Assembly: GCF_006345805.1 (NCBI RefSeq)
Contig: NC_043017.1
Location: 30,070,001-30,134,000, forward strand
Direction of reading: 5' to 3'
Length of the DNA stretch: 64,000 nucleotides
DNA from: Octopus sinensis
Taxonomy: Eukaryota
In this document: positions 50,238 to 64,000 of the stretch, piece after piece
How the letters are laid out: each line of letters starts with the position of its first letter
Position numbering within the stretch: the first letter of the stretch is position 1
Position numbers and translations under genes: made by a program
The notes under the pieces: generated by a model
Seen by the model: only the letters and a program-made list of their open reading frames with translations
Database searches by the model: none
What the model was told of the DNA's origin: nothing

Positions 50238-50648
50238 ATTCTTTATTGCCCACAAGGGGCTAAACACAGAATGGACAAACAAGGACAGACAAAGGGACTA
50301 AATCGATTAGTTCGAGCCCAGTGCGTAACTGGTACTTATTTAATCGAGCCCGAAACGATGAAAGGCAAAGTCGACCTGGGCGGAATTTGAACTCAATGCG
50401 GCAGCAGACGAAATACCTATTTCTTTATTACCCACAAGGGCTAAACACAAAGGGGGACAAACAAGGACAGACATAGGTATTAAGTCGATTACATCGACCC
50501 CAGTGCGTAACTGGTACTTAATTTATCGACCCCGAAAGGATGAAAGGCAAAGTCGACCTCGGCGGAATTTGAACTCAACGCGGCAGCAGGCGAAATGCCG
50601 CTAAGCATTTCGACTGGCGTGCTAACGTTTCTGCCAGATCGCCGCCTT
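50238..50648 (-). mobile_element. Head-to-tail dimer of family-B SINE
   Basis: Two units ~182 bp apart; AGACACTTA at 50229-50237 and 50651-50659. Confidence 0.92.
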
Positions 50649-51149
50649 ACAGACACTTACAAACTGGTGTCCGTGGTGCCCATTCAAATTGGCTTGCTAC
50701 GCCCGAGCTATCTCGCTGGAAAATGTTCAGAAACCAGACAGGTTTTACACTTCCAAGTGAATGCACATGAAGCATCATCTTGTTGTCAAGCATATCAAGA
50801 CACGATTGACCTGTCACAGAACCTCCTGAAAATTAAACGGTCCAATTACTTGATAGTGCCAAAACCCACAACACACGTTTTATTGATTATCTGTCTCCTT
50901 GCAATGAGGATTTGGTTTGTGAGTAATATCAGCAGTTTTGAAGAGATAAAAAAAACAGGAAAATGGTAGCAATTTCATATATTGCAGGACGGTGCGTGAC
51001 TTTATGATCACCCTGTGTGTGTACGGGTGTATACATATATATTTCTTTATATCTATATTCACACACACACACATATATATATATATTCATATACATACCT
51101 ACATACATACATAAATGCATACATACATAATATATATATATATATATAT

Positions 51150-51184
<35 letters not shown>

Positions 51185-51495
51185 CAGGTAGATAGATACA
51201 TAGATAGCTAGATAGATATTTCGGTTAGGCATTGCGATACTAATAATCTGATGCAGCATTCGATATACATATGGTTGTTAACGAAGAGTCGCTCGAGAAG
51301 AGAACGGCAATAGGAATAGAGATGACAACCACATGATCTAGGCCCTGATGAAACTGTAGGTTGTTACTCAGGCATGCAACAATGAGTACACCTCATCATG
51401 TGAGGGAAACAACTTTAAAGTAAGTTCATGAATTAATTGTTAATTCTTTTGTCATCTTGTTTATCTATGTATCTCTTTTTCTCTCCCTCTCTCTC

Positions 51496-51546
<51 letters not shown>

Positions 51547-53229
51547 AAATTAAATTAGAGATAAAACCACTATTAGGCAAATCAAACAGTGAAAAACGTA
51601 AACCAAAACATAGAAATAAAAATAATTAATATAATATACAAAATATATAAAAAATATATATATATAAAAATATATAAAAAATATAAAAAATACAAAATTT
51701 AAAATTCAAATTATTTAAATTTATTGGGAAAGAATTCGTCAGTATTTGGAGAAAAAAACATCTACTTATTTTTACATTATAATTAGCATTTTTGTTCATT
51801 TCTCGAACTTGTCAAAATAAAAATTTGTGAATGTACAGACAGCTTGTTCATTGATAAAAAAAAACATGATTTTTGGTGTTTATGTATAGAAGAGGAGAAC
51901 ATTTGTATTTTTTTTTTAAGGTAAGTTTCCATGACATTGGAGATAGATCGATAGTTAGACGGATAGGTAAATAGATAGGTAGAGAGAAGGGGATCCTCTT
52001 TCTATTCACCATTCATTTGTTTATATAGTCATTTACCATTGCATTGAAATGTATTTAATGATGGTAACCTCTTAAAAAAAAATCATAGAGTCATGGTGTG
52101 GTCATCACTGAAAGATTTTTTGCTTTCTTTCTCTCTTCCTCTATTTTTTCTTCTTTTATTCAAGACTTCACCATCCTTAAACCCATTCCAATACAATACT
52201 TAATAACTAAATAAATAAATGAATGGTGAATACGAAGGGGGGGCCTTATCTCTCTCCACTTACCTGTCTATCTATGTATGTATCTATCTATCAGTCTATC
52301 TACCTAACTATATTTCTATCTATCTCCATCATTATAGAACCTCACCCCTAAAAACAAATACAATGTTCTCATCTAAGCAAAACCCCACAAACTATGTTTT
52401 ATATAAATCAACAAGCTATCTGTATATTCACAAAATTTTGATTGACAAGTTCGAGAAATGAATGAAAGCGCTAATAATAATAATGAAGAAAGTATAAGAT
52501 TTTTCCTACAATTTTGACGCCTTTTTTTCTCAAAATTCAATTTCTGTACACCAAACCTAACACACCCCGTGATGGTGTGTTTACGTTCCCGTAGCTAATC
52601 GGATCGGCGAAAAGAGAACGGTAGAATAAGTACTAGGTGTAACAATCAGTTCCTGTTCGGATTTGTTCGACTACAATTCTTCAACAAATACACTCGAAAT
52701 TTGCGTTATTTTTGTAGATGTTTGTGCCAGCACAAATCCTGAGGAGTAACCATACTTAAATACACTGATGTACTGCGATTACCGTGAATCACAGAGTAAA
52801 TTAAAGATTTATTTAGAAAAGCAGAGAAAAACGTCCACAAGAGCCTCTGATTCAAATTGTCTACATTACAGTTCATGGAATTGGTCCCAACAGTGCCATA
52901 ACTTGTTTATTCGATATGTTAGAATATTTAATGTTATAAAATGGATGTTTAATTATAAATATTTTATTGAATAAATTTAAGTTACAGAATGATACTGGGA
53001 ATTCAATGTTAAAATCAAATATGGTTAAATGTGTATGTTTGCGTTTGTGTCTGTTTGGGTATATGACGAGAGAGAGAGAATGTGTGTGTGTGTGTGTGTG
53101 TGTGCGTCTGTGTGCAAGTGCGTGCGTGTTTCTATGTTGTGCACACATGTTTCTCCGGGTCTTCCGTAAGATACGAAAATAGAATTTTACTGAATGTGAC
53201 ACTAACTAAAAAGTAACACAATATTAATA

Positions 53230-53678
53230 TCTATAAAGCTGAAATGCGAATAAGTTGTTTGATTTCTTGATTATTTGTCTCATTTTGGGATGGGAACGGT
53301 AGATGGGGTAGGATTGGCGCCAAAATTTACACTGGGGACAAAATGGAGTCGGTAATGGTGTGACGAGGGTTGCATGTCGTTCGGGGCTGCCGTTTGGTTG
53401 CCATTGTAAGGAATATGGGGAAAATGGAGTTTTATGGGATAGATAGGTTGCGCTGTTTGAATAATGGTGGCTTTTAGTGTTGCTACAGGGGCTATAGGCG
53501 GTTATCTTTAATTGTGGGTGTAACAATTGGGGGGGATTTTGGAAAGAGGTGTAAAGAAGAGGGCAATAAAAATAACCAGGCAAAGAAGACGAAGAAAAGA
53601 AGAAAGGGAAAAAGAGACAACACGCACAAAACAACACCACCACCAAACCCCGAACGAAGCACGGGTCAAAATACATAG
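53230..53678 (+). mobile_element. Non-autonomous Helitron (degenerate)
   Basis: A|TCTATAAAGCTG start, gcgccaaaatttacac motif, subterminal hairpin cccgaacgaagcacggg, ATAG|T end (CTAG variant). Confidence 0.65.
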
Positions 53679-54829
53679 TCGTAAATAATAATTAAGTTAG
53701 AGCGACTTATAAATAGTATCTGCAACACATCGTGACGTATATTTTCCCTTTGCGATACTGGAAAAAGTATATGTATTTGTGAAGGGAACCTACTTTTCAT
53801 CGACATCTGTGATTGTCACACGCCGAAACTCGAGTCCGTGTGTATCATAAGTTGGAGACGGGAAGGACGGCTTCCCTTTGCAAATACTGATAGGACACAG
53901 AAAGTGTGTCTATAGCTAGCTGGAGGAGGTGTCCTCCTGGGGCAACAAACTACAGTAGCATCCACCCTTAGGGGTTAGCCATATTTAAAAGGCAAATATA
54001 CGTCACGATAATGAACTATTTTTACAAAATGTTCAACCCCCTAAAGTGTAATCTATAAAAGGCGTTCTTTACGTTACCTGAAATATTTTGTACTAATAAG
54101 TCCCTTATATTCGAAAGTTTTAAGAATTTTAAAAATTATTCTTTGAATATGAGACGTTTTAAATAATCTTGTTTGAAGATAGAAAAATAATTATATTTTA
54201 TATTAGATATACAAAACCACACTACTGATTAGATTTACAAAACAACACAACTGATTGTTTTGTTAAATAGTTTGCAATCTTTGAACTTTTAAAATCATAT
54301 TAGACAAGCCAAGGTTTTATATTTATGTCAGTGATATGTTTATATTGACAAGAGTGAGTTTGTGTCTACTTCTATATTTACCTATCGTCTAGACTTTTTT
54401 TTTCAACGAAATATTATTTTTTACGTCAATAAACAATAGCAGAGAGGTGGATTTCGAAAGAAGCCAAATCGCCATGCCAAGAAGGCGAATGTCGGGGAAA
54501 GAAATGAATGTTCTTATGAAAAACGTTATGGCGGCTGAAAAGCGATCAAATGAAAACGGGGTAGAATTGTCCGCCATAAGGATAATGGAAACGATACGAG
54601 TAGACCTTGACTGCAAGACGATGAAGAATAAACTAGGGCTCGCCACGAAATTGACAGACACCGAAATGCTAAAGACCAGCTATAGAACGCCTTCGAAAAC
54701 TAGATTTCTATTCTTTTGTGTTATACATCCATCAGACACACACACATGCTTACAAGCACACATACATAAATATACACACGCACACACACATAAACATTCT
54801 AATAAAGCTGCAAAACATGACAAAAACCG

Positions 54830-55078
54830 CTACCCAGAGCTTCTCGTTTCCCTGTTGGCAAGATGGTTTCTTGTCTGATTTGATAACTACCTTGTAATTC
54901 GTGGAGTCAAGTGGAATTGTTTCAAGTGTAGTCTTGAAGCTTCTGATCAGCTTGTTGTTGTTATGCAGTATCTTTTGCAGAGACACTACAATGTTCATCC
55001 TGCTGCCGGAAATATTTTTGCACCTCTCTTGCCCTTTTTTGTTGAATCACCCACAAAATATATTTGAAGGAATGCTGA
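54830..55078 (-). pseudogene. Helitron RepHel N-terminal-region fragment
   Basis: AFLQIYFVGDSTK / GQERCKNISGSRMNIVVSLQKILHNNNKLIRSFKTTLETIPLDSTNYKVVIKSDKKP, matching the Helitron pattern FLQIYF.GD..R..IV..LQ.MLH..N.....FK.ALE....Y.VVI.AD..P. Confidence 0.8.
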
Positions 55079-55160
55079 AATAAGCGGTTTTTGACTGCTA
55101 TTTCTAAATGTTCGGTATGTGACTAAGCAACCTGTTGCTTACCCTATTTACTTTATATAT

Positions 55161-55213
<53 letters not shown>

Positions 55214-55306
55214 CTTTTTGTAAAAGTTCCTACCGAAAATGGTTATATGTCCATACCGAAAACTCCTCGGTAATAATTGTTGATTTTAAAATTAGTGATG
55301 ATTTAC

Positions 55307-55364
<58 letters not shown>

Positions 55365-57730
55365 GCGCATTAGTTTTTGATGATGTAAACAAGTAAACTC
55401 TAGAAACTAAAATTTGAAGATGAAATATCGAACCATTCTTCTATTCAAAGACATATGGAAGTTAAACCATTGTCTGGTAGTAACAGAAATCGACTATTTT
55501 CTGTCAGTCACGTTTTTCAGGAAATCGCAGTTTACAACAATACGAGGATCATGGCTTCCAAAGTTCGACAGAAAGCAAAAATAACAGATTGCAGACCAAT
55601 ATTGATATTGCACGGACATGTTTATTACAGAAGTAGGCTATGTCGTCTGTCTGAGCAAAGTTAACTCTGACTTAATTTTATGACGTAGTTTTATGACACA
55701 AGGAGAACTAACAAACAATGCAACTCTAAAGTTTGGTCTGATAGTTAAATTGTAAAATTGCTTACATTGTTTCGATCCATATGTAATAAACTTCAATTGA
55801 TTTTGCTGGAGGTGAAAAAGTTACGCTGGCATTGAGACAAGAAATGAAGCCATGCAGTGAGCAAAGACAGCGTAAGAGGCAATATAAAACGTCAGCACCA
55901 GACGAAGTACAGGTTATCGAGATCAGAGAAAACAAAAGAATGCCCGGCTGTAGTTGAGAACGTAGTGTATAGCTTGCGATAGTTTATTGGAAATTCATCG
56001 ATATGACGATGATCTTCGCTCTTCTTCCTGTTAGAATTTGGTATTTATTGATACTCGACAATTATTAAGAGTACTGAAATCTCAGATGAAAATAAAGTAT
56101 AAAGTATAAAACAAACGCTATTGATGTAGAAACGACGGTAAGTGCTAAGTCAATCAGATTACAATAAACTTAAGTAAGGAATATAAGAGAACCTCTTGCA
56201 ATATGTAACTAACTAGCACCTTCTTTTAAGTTATAGTGCTTTAAAAACCCCGTGCTAACAAAGGAAAGACCTGTGGAACCCTTCCTTACCGAAGTACCAA
56301 TGTAACAGAGTTAAGGAAAAATATTACAGATTAAGAAACACGAACACAAAAATGTAATTCCATGAATAGAATAACTTCCAGTTAAAGCACAGAATAAAAT
56401 AAGAGATTGTTTTCTTTTCCCCCATAACAGCAAATGGCATGGCATATTCGATACTATAATTATCTCAAGATTCTATGAAAGGCCTTATAGTTTCATTAGA
56501 TTTAAATCAAATCCAAATTGGTAAGCGATTAACGCAACCCTTTTTCTAGAGAAAGATTACATACTACGGTAAGGATATTTCATCAAAGGCAGAAGGAATG
56601 CCTTGGTGATTGGCTCAAGAGGATTATCTAGAAAATGTAATCACATGTATGAATGGGGACCTGAGAAGGGAATTGCCATATGATGATTTTCTTTCAGTCT
56701 AAGCAGAAAAGAATCCCAGGAAATCATTTGATCCTGATCGATTCCAATTGCTGAGATTCCAGGTGAAGAAAGAAATACTTTATTATTCGTTGCCTTAAAG
56801 AAAAAAAAAATTATATGCATGTGAGCTGCATTACAAGAATAGAAGTATTGCACTGCAGCAAGGGATCATAAACAGGGGATAGGATTTATGAGACAAGTTA
56901 TGGGTGAAAATTATATGTCAAGAAAATCAAATACCAAATATAGAGGTTAATATGATAAACAAAGTAGGAAATTCTGCAATTCGTAAACCAGCAGAGATGA
57001 AGTAAAACCAGGAGTTCGTGGGGTTATGTTTGTTCCAAAAATCGGTGCAACCGAAGCTATAATTATTGTGACGTTGAATGCAATAAATTATATTTACATA
57101 TGTATAACAAGCATAGAGTATGGGGAAAAGGGCCAAATACATGTAGGAAATGCTACTTCGAAGCTGCCACGAATATTTATCAATCAAAGCGCCATGTACC
57201 AGTGTTAAAGAAGAATATCAAACATTATGAAGCAAGACGAGAACTGTGCTATCCCCGAGTTGCATACAATGAAATAAAGTTCCATTTAAATTGTAAGGTA
57301 GCAAACGATATAGCAAAAGTGAATAAGGCCAATAAGCAAGGGGATAAACAAGGGAACAATCAGATATTGCACTAAGGAATGCTTTGGTGATTGGTTCAAG
57401 AGGATTATCTAGAATATGGAATCATATAAGTATAAATGAAGATCAAAGAAGCGGATTGTCATATAATTTTCTTCTAGCGTAAAGAGAAAAAAATCCCAGA
57501 AAATCGTTTGAAAATCAAAGGAAATATGGTTCTTAAACACGGAAATAATACACTTTATATACATATAAGACAGCATCTTATATTATATAATATATGCTAT
57601 AAATAATTCAATGCCCATATGATTATTCATATATATATTTGATATATTCTCTCACCTTTGCGACTATCTGGCATATACAGGTGCTTACACTTATCAAGTA
57701 TTCACCCTAAATTTACAGTACCTACTTGAT

Positions 57731-57814
<84 letters not shown>

Positions 57815-58079
57815 AGGAGTAAAGGAGATACACACACGTATATATTTTAATATTTCGCTTAAGCATATAGAGATAGAAATAGCTTAGTCATAGAATTGAA
57901 TACGCATATGATCCAGAATAAATGTACGACGAATGAACGAGAAATTATGCAATAGACCTCATTGTTGAAGCTCTGAGGAAGCTATGAGGTAATGCACACC
58001 CACGAGGTTTGATTGCACTGAATTACATAGCGGTAACTGCTGTAAGGTGATGAAGTTCTTTGCATAATTACTTTATTTC

Positions 58080-58110
<31 letters not shown>

Positions 58111-59066
58111 CGTATATATACGCGCGCGTGTATGTGTATCCATTTATGTTTGATTGTGTGTTATACCCTGTAGTTTACAACTTCATTACATATATTGTAT
58201 ATAGTTAAAGTAGGCATTTAGAACACAAGTATAATTGCATCGTTCGAAAATTAGTAACTAAAAAATATTGTTTTCTGCTGAAGACAAAATTCTAATAAAG
58301 TTATCTTCGATATAACCATAATTCTTTTGGCGAAACGAATTATTTTTTCCCAGGTCTTCTGGCGAGTTGCGTTTCTTGACGTACACTTAACCACACACAC
58401 TCACACACGCATAAAAACACGTACATACGCATGCGTACAAAGTCACATACATACTTACGCTCACACACAGATACACACACTTTTATACATACACACATAC
58501 GCTCAGGCACACACACACACACACCCATTCACACACATACACATGCGCGCACGAACACAAACTACATCTACACGCAGTTAGCATAATTCTTCTCATGCTT
58601 CTCTCTCTTCCTCTCTCTCCTCTCCTTCTCCATATGACATTATGGTGGCAACGTATTCTATAATCGAAGGGAAATGCGTCAAAAATCGCAGAGAAATTAA
58701 ATACATTTAACGAGGGGCAGATATTTAGAATTAAAATTGCAAAGAGGCAGATTATTTAAATTTCAAAAAACCAGAGGAAGCTGGATAAATGTAAAACTAT
58801 TTGAAAAGGAGACTAATATTTACAAATCGAAGACACGTACAAAATAGCACAACGTCCTTATATGGGTTGGATCAAGGGATGCTAAACGAAATAATGCGAA
58901 ACGGAAAATGGCGGAAAACTTTGCTCTGTAGCTGTGAGGAATGGGAGTCATCAGCTCGACCAAACCGGTGGGCAACATGCTTATTCCTTGGATTGTAGCT
59001 CTGTGAACAAACCTTTGTGGAAGTTTTACCATCTCCTGTGATTTATACTCTTTATACATTTGTTTC

Positions 59067-59360
59067 TATCAGGAATGACCATGATATTGCAGCTAGAAAG
59101 TTCTCCTCCGGGACACAAGTCAGGACACGGTTGTTTATGGAAGACCAGCATTCACATATGCATAGCATAACCGATGTTATTCAAGAGTAAGGCAGAGGCC
59201 GTTATAGCTTTGCATAGGTAACGTCACAAATCATTTCTTTAGCAGAGTCAAATAGAGCAAATTGAATGAAGTATTTTGTTCAAGAACGCAACACAGATCC
59301 CTGTCCAGGGATCGAACTCACTAGCTCATGATTGTAAATCCCACACTCTAACATGCGCCT
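59067..59360 (-). mobile_element. Degenerate family-D SINE
   Basis: Colinear with 28345-28680 (cacaagtc..ggttgtttatggaagaccagca..gttcaagaac..gggatcgaactcac). Confidence 0.8.
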
Positions 59361-59499
59361 GTGTTGTATAAATATGAATATCACAATCTCACCAGACGTA
59401 TGTTGTTCACCAATTATTCTATTACACATACATATACACAGTGACACAATCACACTCACACACACAAACACATACGTGTGTGGGTGGGTGGGTGTGTGC

Positions 59500-59830
59500 A
59501 TGCGTGTATCTATCTGTCTATCTGGTACGCTGTTGTTTTCCACGACGAGGGTCCCAGTAGATCCGATCAACCGAACAGCCAGCTCGTAAAATAAACAGGC
59601 AAGTTGTGTACTCCTCAGACACGGATACCCTTAGTGTTGTTCAAAAGCAGGGGTGACACAGACCGTGACAAGGCTCTCCGTTTGAAATACAGTTACTATT
59701 CATTTTGACCAGCTGGAGCAACGTGAAGAAGTATCATACTGAAGGACACAGCGTGCAGCAGTTAACGGAACTCAGAGCCTTACGACCATGAGACAAAAAT
59801 ACCCTAATCAGTAAACCAGGAATCTCCATG
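59500..59830 (-). mobile_element. Degenerate SINE sharing the family-D central domain
   Basis: ctggagcaacgtgaa..aaggacaca shared with family D; the distal part differs. Confidence 0.55.
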
Positions 59831-60118
59831 TATATAAATGTGTGTGTGTATGTGTGTGTTTGTTTTTGTGTGTGAGCGTGTATTTAAGTATACAATTAAG
59901 TTTACTGACCTGTAGGTACGGTGGATTTTGCAAAGTAGCAACTAGAGGAATGCATCGGTCAAAAACCGAGAATCTCTGAAGCAGGTCATTTTTTTGAGGG
60001 ATGATGCAGGTATATTCTTAGGCCGTATTCTTGAGCAGCGCCTCATGATTATAATACAACTGGTGAAAGTGAAGAATACTACGATGTATGTATGTATGTG
60101 TGTGTGTGTATGGGAGTC

Positions 60119-60160
<42 letters not shown>

Positions 60161-61009
60161 TTTGCTTGTGTTGTTGAGTCTTGTACCTGCAGGGCAATTC
60201 TGATCGTGTACATCTATTGCATGGATTATTGCAGCCGTCATCAGCCATTCTTTATTTTAGTCTGTACGCCGATATGCACAGTATGTCCAACGGTTCTCAG
60301 AAGATGCCGGTAAAATGTTATTGGGACATGATTTCTATATTATAGAGCTTGAAAGCCAGTGTGTTTGTTTGTGTGTGTGTGTTGTGGCTATGTGTAGTAC
60401 CTGCAGTGATATCACGTTGATATCATTTGGTGAACGAATTTACTTCCAGCTGTGTAAATGTCGATTAGCACGACTCGTTCACTTCGGCAAAACTGTCTCT
60501 TTTCTATCCGTGTAGCGGATTACGATTCATTATTTCTAGCTGATTAGTTATGCGTTGTTCGTATGCCAAACATTCGCTGATATTTTAGACAAACGATGAA
60601 ATATATTCGAACGGAGAGGATAGATTATATCTATACCGAAAATTCAATTATATTATATTACTGGATCTTATTCCATCCATATAACTCTAAACAACTTATT
60701 TCAGAGACTGTATTTTGTAATTTAATAAAAATAATAATAATGATCTCTATTCTAAAAACCTGCTAAGAACAATCTTGCCTATAGCTTGCTACCGATCTGT
60801 TTCCCTTATATCAGTTACGATGCATAACACTAATCTGTTGATAAATTGAATATTCTGCAGAATTAGATTTCTGCTGATCACTTTGGCGACTTGAACCCGT
60901 CTTCCTATTTATTCAATGTCTATAGTCCAGGTGAAAATTTTAGAGTTATTAGCTTTTGAAATACTTGGATTCTTCCTTTGTAACAATATGTCAACATCTA
61001 AGGTATTTC

Positions 61010-61431
61010 TATTCCTATTTATTCACTACCCACAAGGGGCTAAACACAGAGATGACAAACAAGGAGAGACAAACGGATTAAGTCGATCACATCGATTCCA
61101 GTGCGTAACTGGTACTTAATTTATCGACCCCGAAAGGATGAAAGGCAAAGTCGACCTCGGCGGAATTTGAACTCAGAACATAAAGGCAGACGAAATACCT
61201 ATTTCTTTACGACCCACAAGGGGCTACAGACAGAGGAGACAAACAAGGACAGACAAACGGATTAAGTCGATTACATCAACCCTAGTGCGTAACTAGTACT
61301 TAATTTATCGACCCCGAAATGATGAAAGGCAAAATCGACCTCTGCGGAATTTGAACTCAGAACGTAGCGGCAGACGAAATACGGCTACGCATTTCGCTCG
61401 GCGTTCTAACCTTACTGCCAGCTCGCCGCCT
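61010..61431 (-). mobile_element. Head-to-tail dimer of family-B SINE with ~21-bp TSD
   Basis: 184 bp period; TGTCAAcATCTAAGGTaTTTC (60989-61009) and TGTCAAtATCTAAGGTcTTTC (61432-61452). Confidence 0.93.
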
Positions 61432-61920
61432 TGTCAATATCTAAGGTCTTTCGCAATTCTTCTCGAGGTATATGGTTATAAATCCATAATAATTCCGACT
61501 GGCTGCATAATAATTCCAGTGGCTGTAGGGTGAATCTGAAATAATTTCTTTCTTAACGAACCAGTTTGTCTTTCAGAAATTTTCTTTCTCTTCTTATATT
61601 TCTTCTGCCATCGGCAATATTCTAGAGAATGGCTTTCAATGTCTGATACACAACAAACCAAACTCTTAAACAATTTCATTTGAATTTATACACTGATAAC
61701 AACCGATGGTTTTTTTTTTCTGTGTACAGATCTAACTCGATGTTCTTTTTTTATATATATCGATGCCTCATTTCTTGTGTTTCATCTAGGTGAATTGACA
61801 ATTAATCCAAAATTACAATTAAATTCACATATATAAGTCCAAAGAAGAGGAAATATTCCTAATTTAGAAACGCAGACTGACATCAATATCCGACAAATTT
61901 CTTTTTTCCAACATCACTTC

Positions 61921-62385
61921 TATATATATATATATATATATATATACACGCACATACATACATATATATATATATATATACATACACACATACATATATA
62001 TATATATATATACATACACACATACATATATATACACACACAAACACACACACATATATACATATATATACACACACACATACATATATATATACACACA
62101 CATACATATATATATACACACACATACATATACACACAGATATATATATGTATATATATATACACACACATACATATACACACAGATATATATATGTATA
62201 TATATATATACACACACACATACATATATATATACACACATACATATACACACATATATATATGTATATATATACACACACATATATATATACACACATA
62301 TACATATATATATACACACACATACATATATATATACACACACACATATTTATATACACACATATACATATATATATACACACAC

Positions 62386-62416
<31 letters not shown>

Positions 62417-62609
62417 TATACATATATATATACACACACATATATATATATACACACATATACATATACACACATATACATATATATATATATATACACA
62501 TATACATATATACACACATATACATATATATATACACACACATATACATATATATATATACACACACATATACATATATATATATACACACACACACACA
62601 CATATATAT

Positions 62610-62640
<31 letters not shown>

Positions 62641-62714
62641 CACACACACACATATACACACACATATATACACACATATATACACACATACACACACACA
62701 CATATATATATATA
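61921..62714. repeat. ~800 bp compound TA/CA/TACA microsatellite
   Basis: Directly visible. Confidence 0.97.
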
Positions 62715-63388
62715 GAGAGTATATGTGTGTAATTTTATTAACGGGCAAATAAAACTGCCTCGATTAATCCGACCCATTGCTTTAAAAATCTCATTCTTTA
62801 CATCTATGTAACCATTATTACGCTATATTTCATTACTCTCTCTTCACAGCTGCTAAACGCAGCAAAATGAGAAATCAATACAATTCTTAAAATTAGGTTA
62901 AACACATAGAATTCGTTACTGAACAGCTTTGAGAATATTGCAGTTATAATCTAACGAGAGATATTTTTATATATTTATTAAATGCTATACATCGTGACTT
63001 AGAATTAATTTTCAGGATGATTTTATGTGGAAAATGTTTATAGTACTTAAAAATAAAGGGCAACGGTTACCAGAAATTGCACATTGACGGACAATACAGT
63101 ATTTTGGTATTTAATTACGTCCCCCTAATGATTTTGTTCAAATTTGAGGAGAGCAAAAACAATTTTTTTTTTTACGTTATAGCGCGGATTCAAAATATAC
63201 ATACCCATTAAGAAAGAGTTGAAGAAATTGGCTATAAATACCGGACCGAATTCCGCATTGCAGTGTATTGTCGTTACTTGTGATAGAGAGTTTATCCCAA
63301 TTTATAGGGACAAAGATTTGCTGTATGAAAACTACAAAGAAGATAACAACACGCTCATATACACATGTACAATTGCGCACAACTGTCT

Positions 63389-63389
63389 G

Positions 63390-63423
<34 letters not shown>

Positions 63424-63503
63424 ATATGTATATATGTATATATGTTTGTATGTATTTGTATACATCTATACATATATATATTCCTATATATACATACATA
63501 TAT

Positions 63504-63548
<45 letters not shown>

Positions 63549-63603
63549 ATATGTTTGTATGTATTTGTATACATCTATACATATATATATTATATATATA
63601 TAT

Positions 63604-63646
<43 letters not shown>

Positions 63647-63738
63647 TATATATACACACACACACACCACACACATATATATACACACACACACACATAT
63701 ATATATACACACACACACACACATATACACACACATAT

Positions 63739-63815
<77 letters not shown>

Positions 63816-63832
63816 TACATACATATTACACA
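63389..63832. repeat. Compound TA/CA microsatellite with an internal ~60 bp duplication
   Basis: atatgtatatatgtttgtatgtatttgtatacatctatac occurs twice. Confidence 0.95.
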
Positions 63833-64000
63833 CAATATAGAGCTGTCTATATATGGACCAAAAGCCCCTGTAGACATACAGCCTATACAAAGCACCCGAA
63901 ATCTCTAGAAACTAAATTTTCGTAAAGCAAATTGGAAGTTGATTGAGATAGATTCCAAAAATGCATTGGCCTAAATGTCTCTCCACACCAGGCATTGACA

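Noticed and set aside
50940-51016. Possible Tc1/mariner 3' TIR (gtgactttatgatcaccctg)
   Set aside because: No matching 5' TIR or clear transposase motif found; too weak to call.
51340-51375. CCTGATGAAAC..GTT motif
   Set aside because: GAAA box absent (GTTA); chance hairpin.
63909-64000. [10 protein letters not shown] peptide resembling a LINE endonuclease-RT linker
   Set aside because: Only ~10 residues at the window edge; cannot be supported without downstream sequence.

Overview
AT-rich, repeat-saturated, non-coding animal genomic DNA (intergenic or deep intronic). The tRNA-derived SINE families and dense (TA)n/(CA)n/(TACA)n tracts look like an Octopus/cephalopod genome; this is pattern recognition, not a database result. 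I found no convincing host-gene exon, rRNA, genuine tRNA or CRISPR array. Most ORFs in the track are microsatellite artefacts or pieces of dead transposons. Recognisable content: at least five SINE families (labelled A-D here for convenience, plus one hammerhead-bearing family); two R4/Dong-type and two RTE-type LINE 3' fragments; a near full-length Tigger fossil; three DD37D (maT) remnants and one mariner remnant; a hAT/Charlie remnant; two non-autonomous Helitrons plus a RepHel fragment; and a Penelope-like (PLE) GIY-YIG remnant that the ORF track misses. The most notable signal is a set of minimal type I hammerhead-ribozyme motifs in unrelated short elements sitting in or beside microsatellites. 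One is in the tail of a tRNA-headed SINE and two are in back-to-back inverted pairs. A second copy of one element ends exactly at the predicted cleavage site. The PLE remnant has TGA at a conserved Zn-finger Cys, and SINE-B multimers share a junction and are flanked by target-site duplications.
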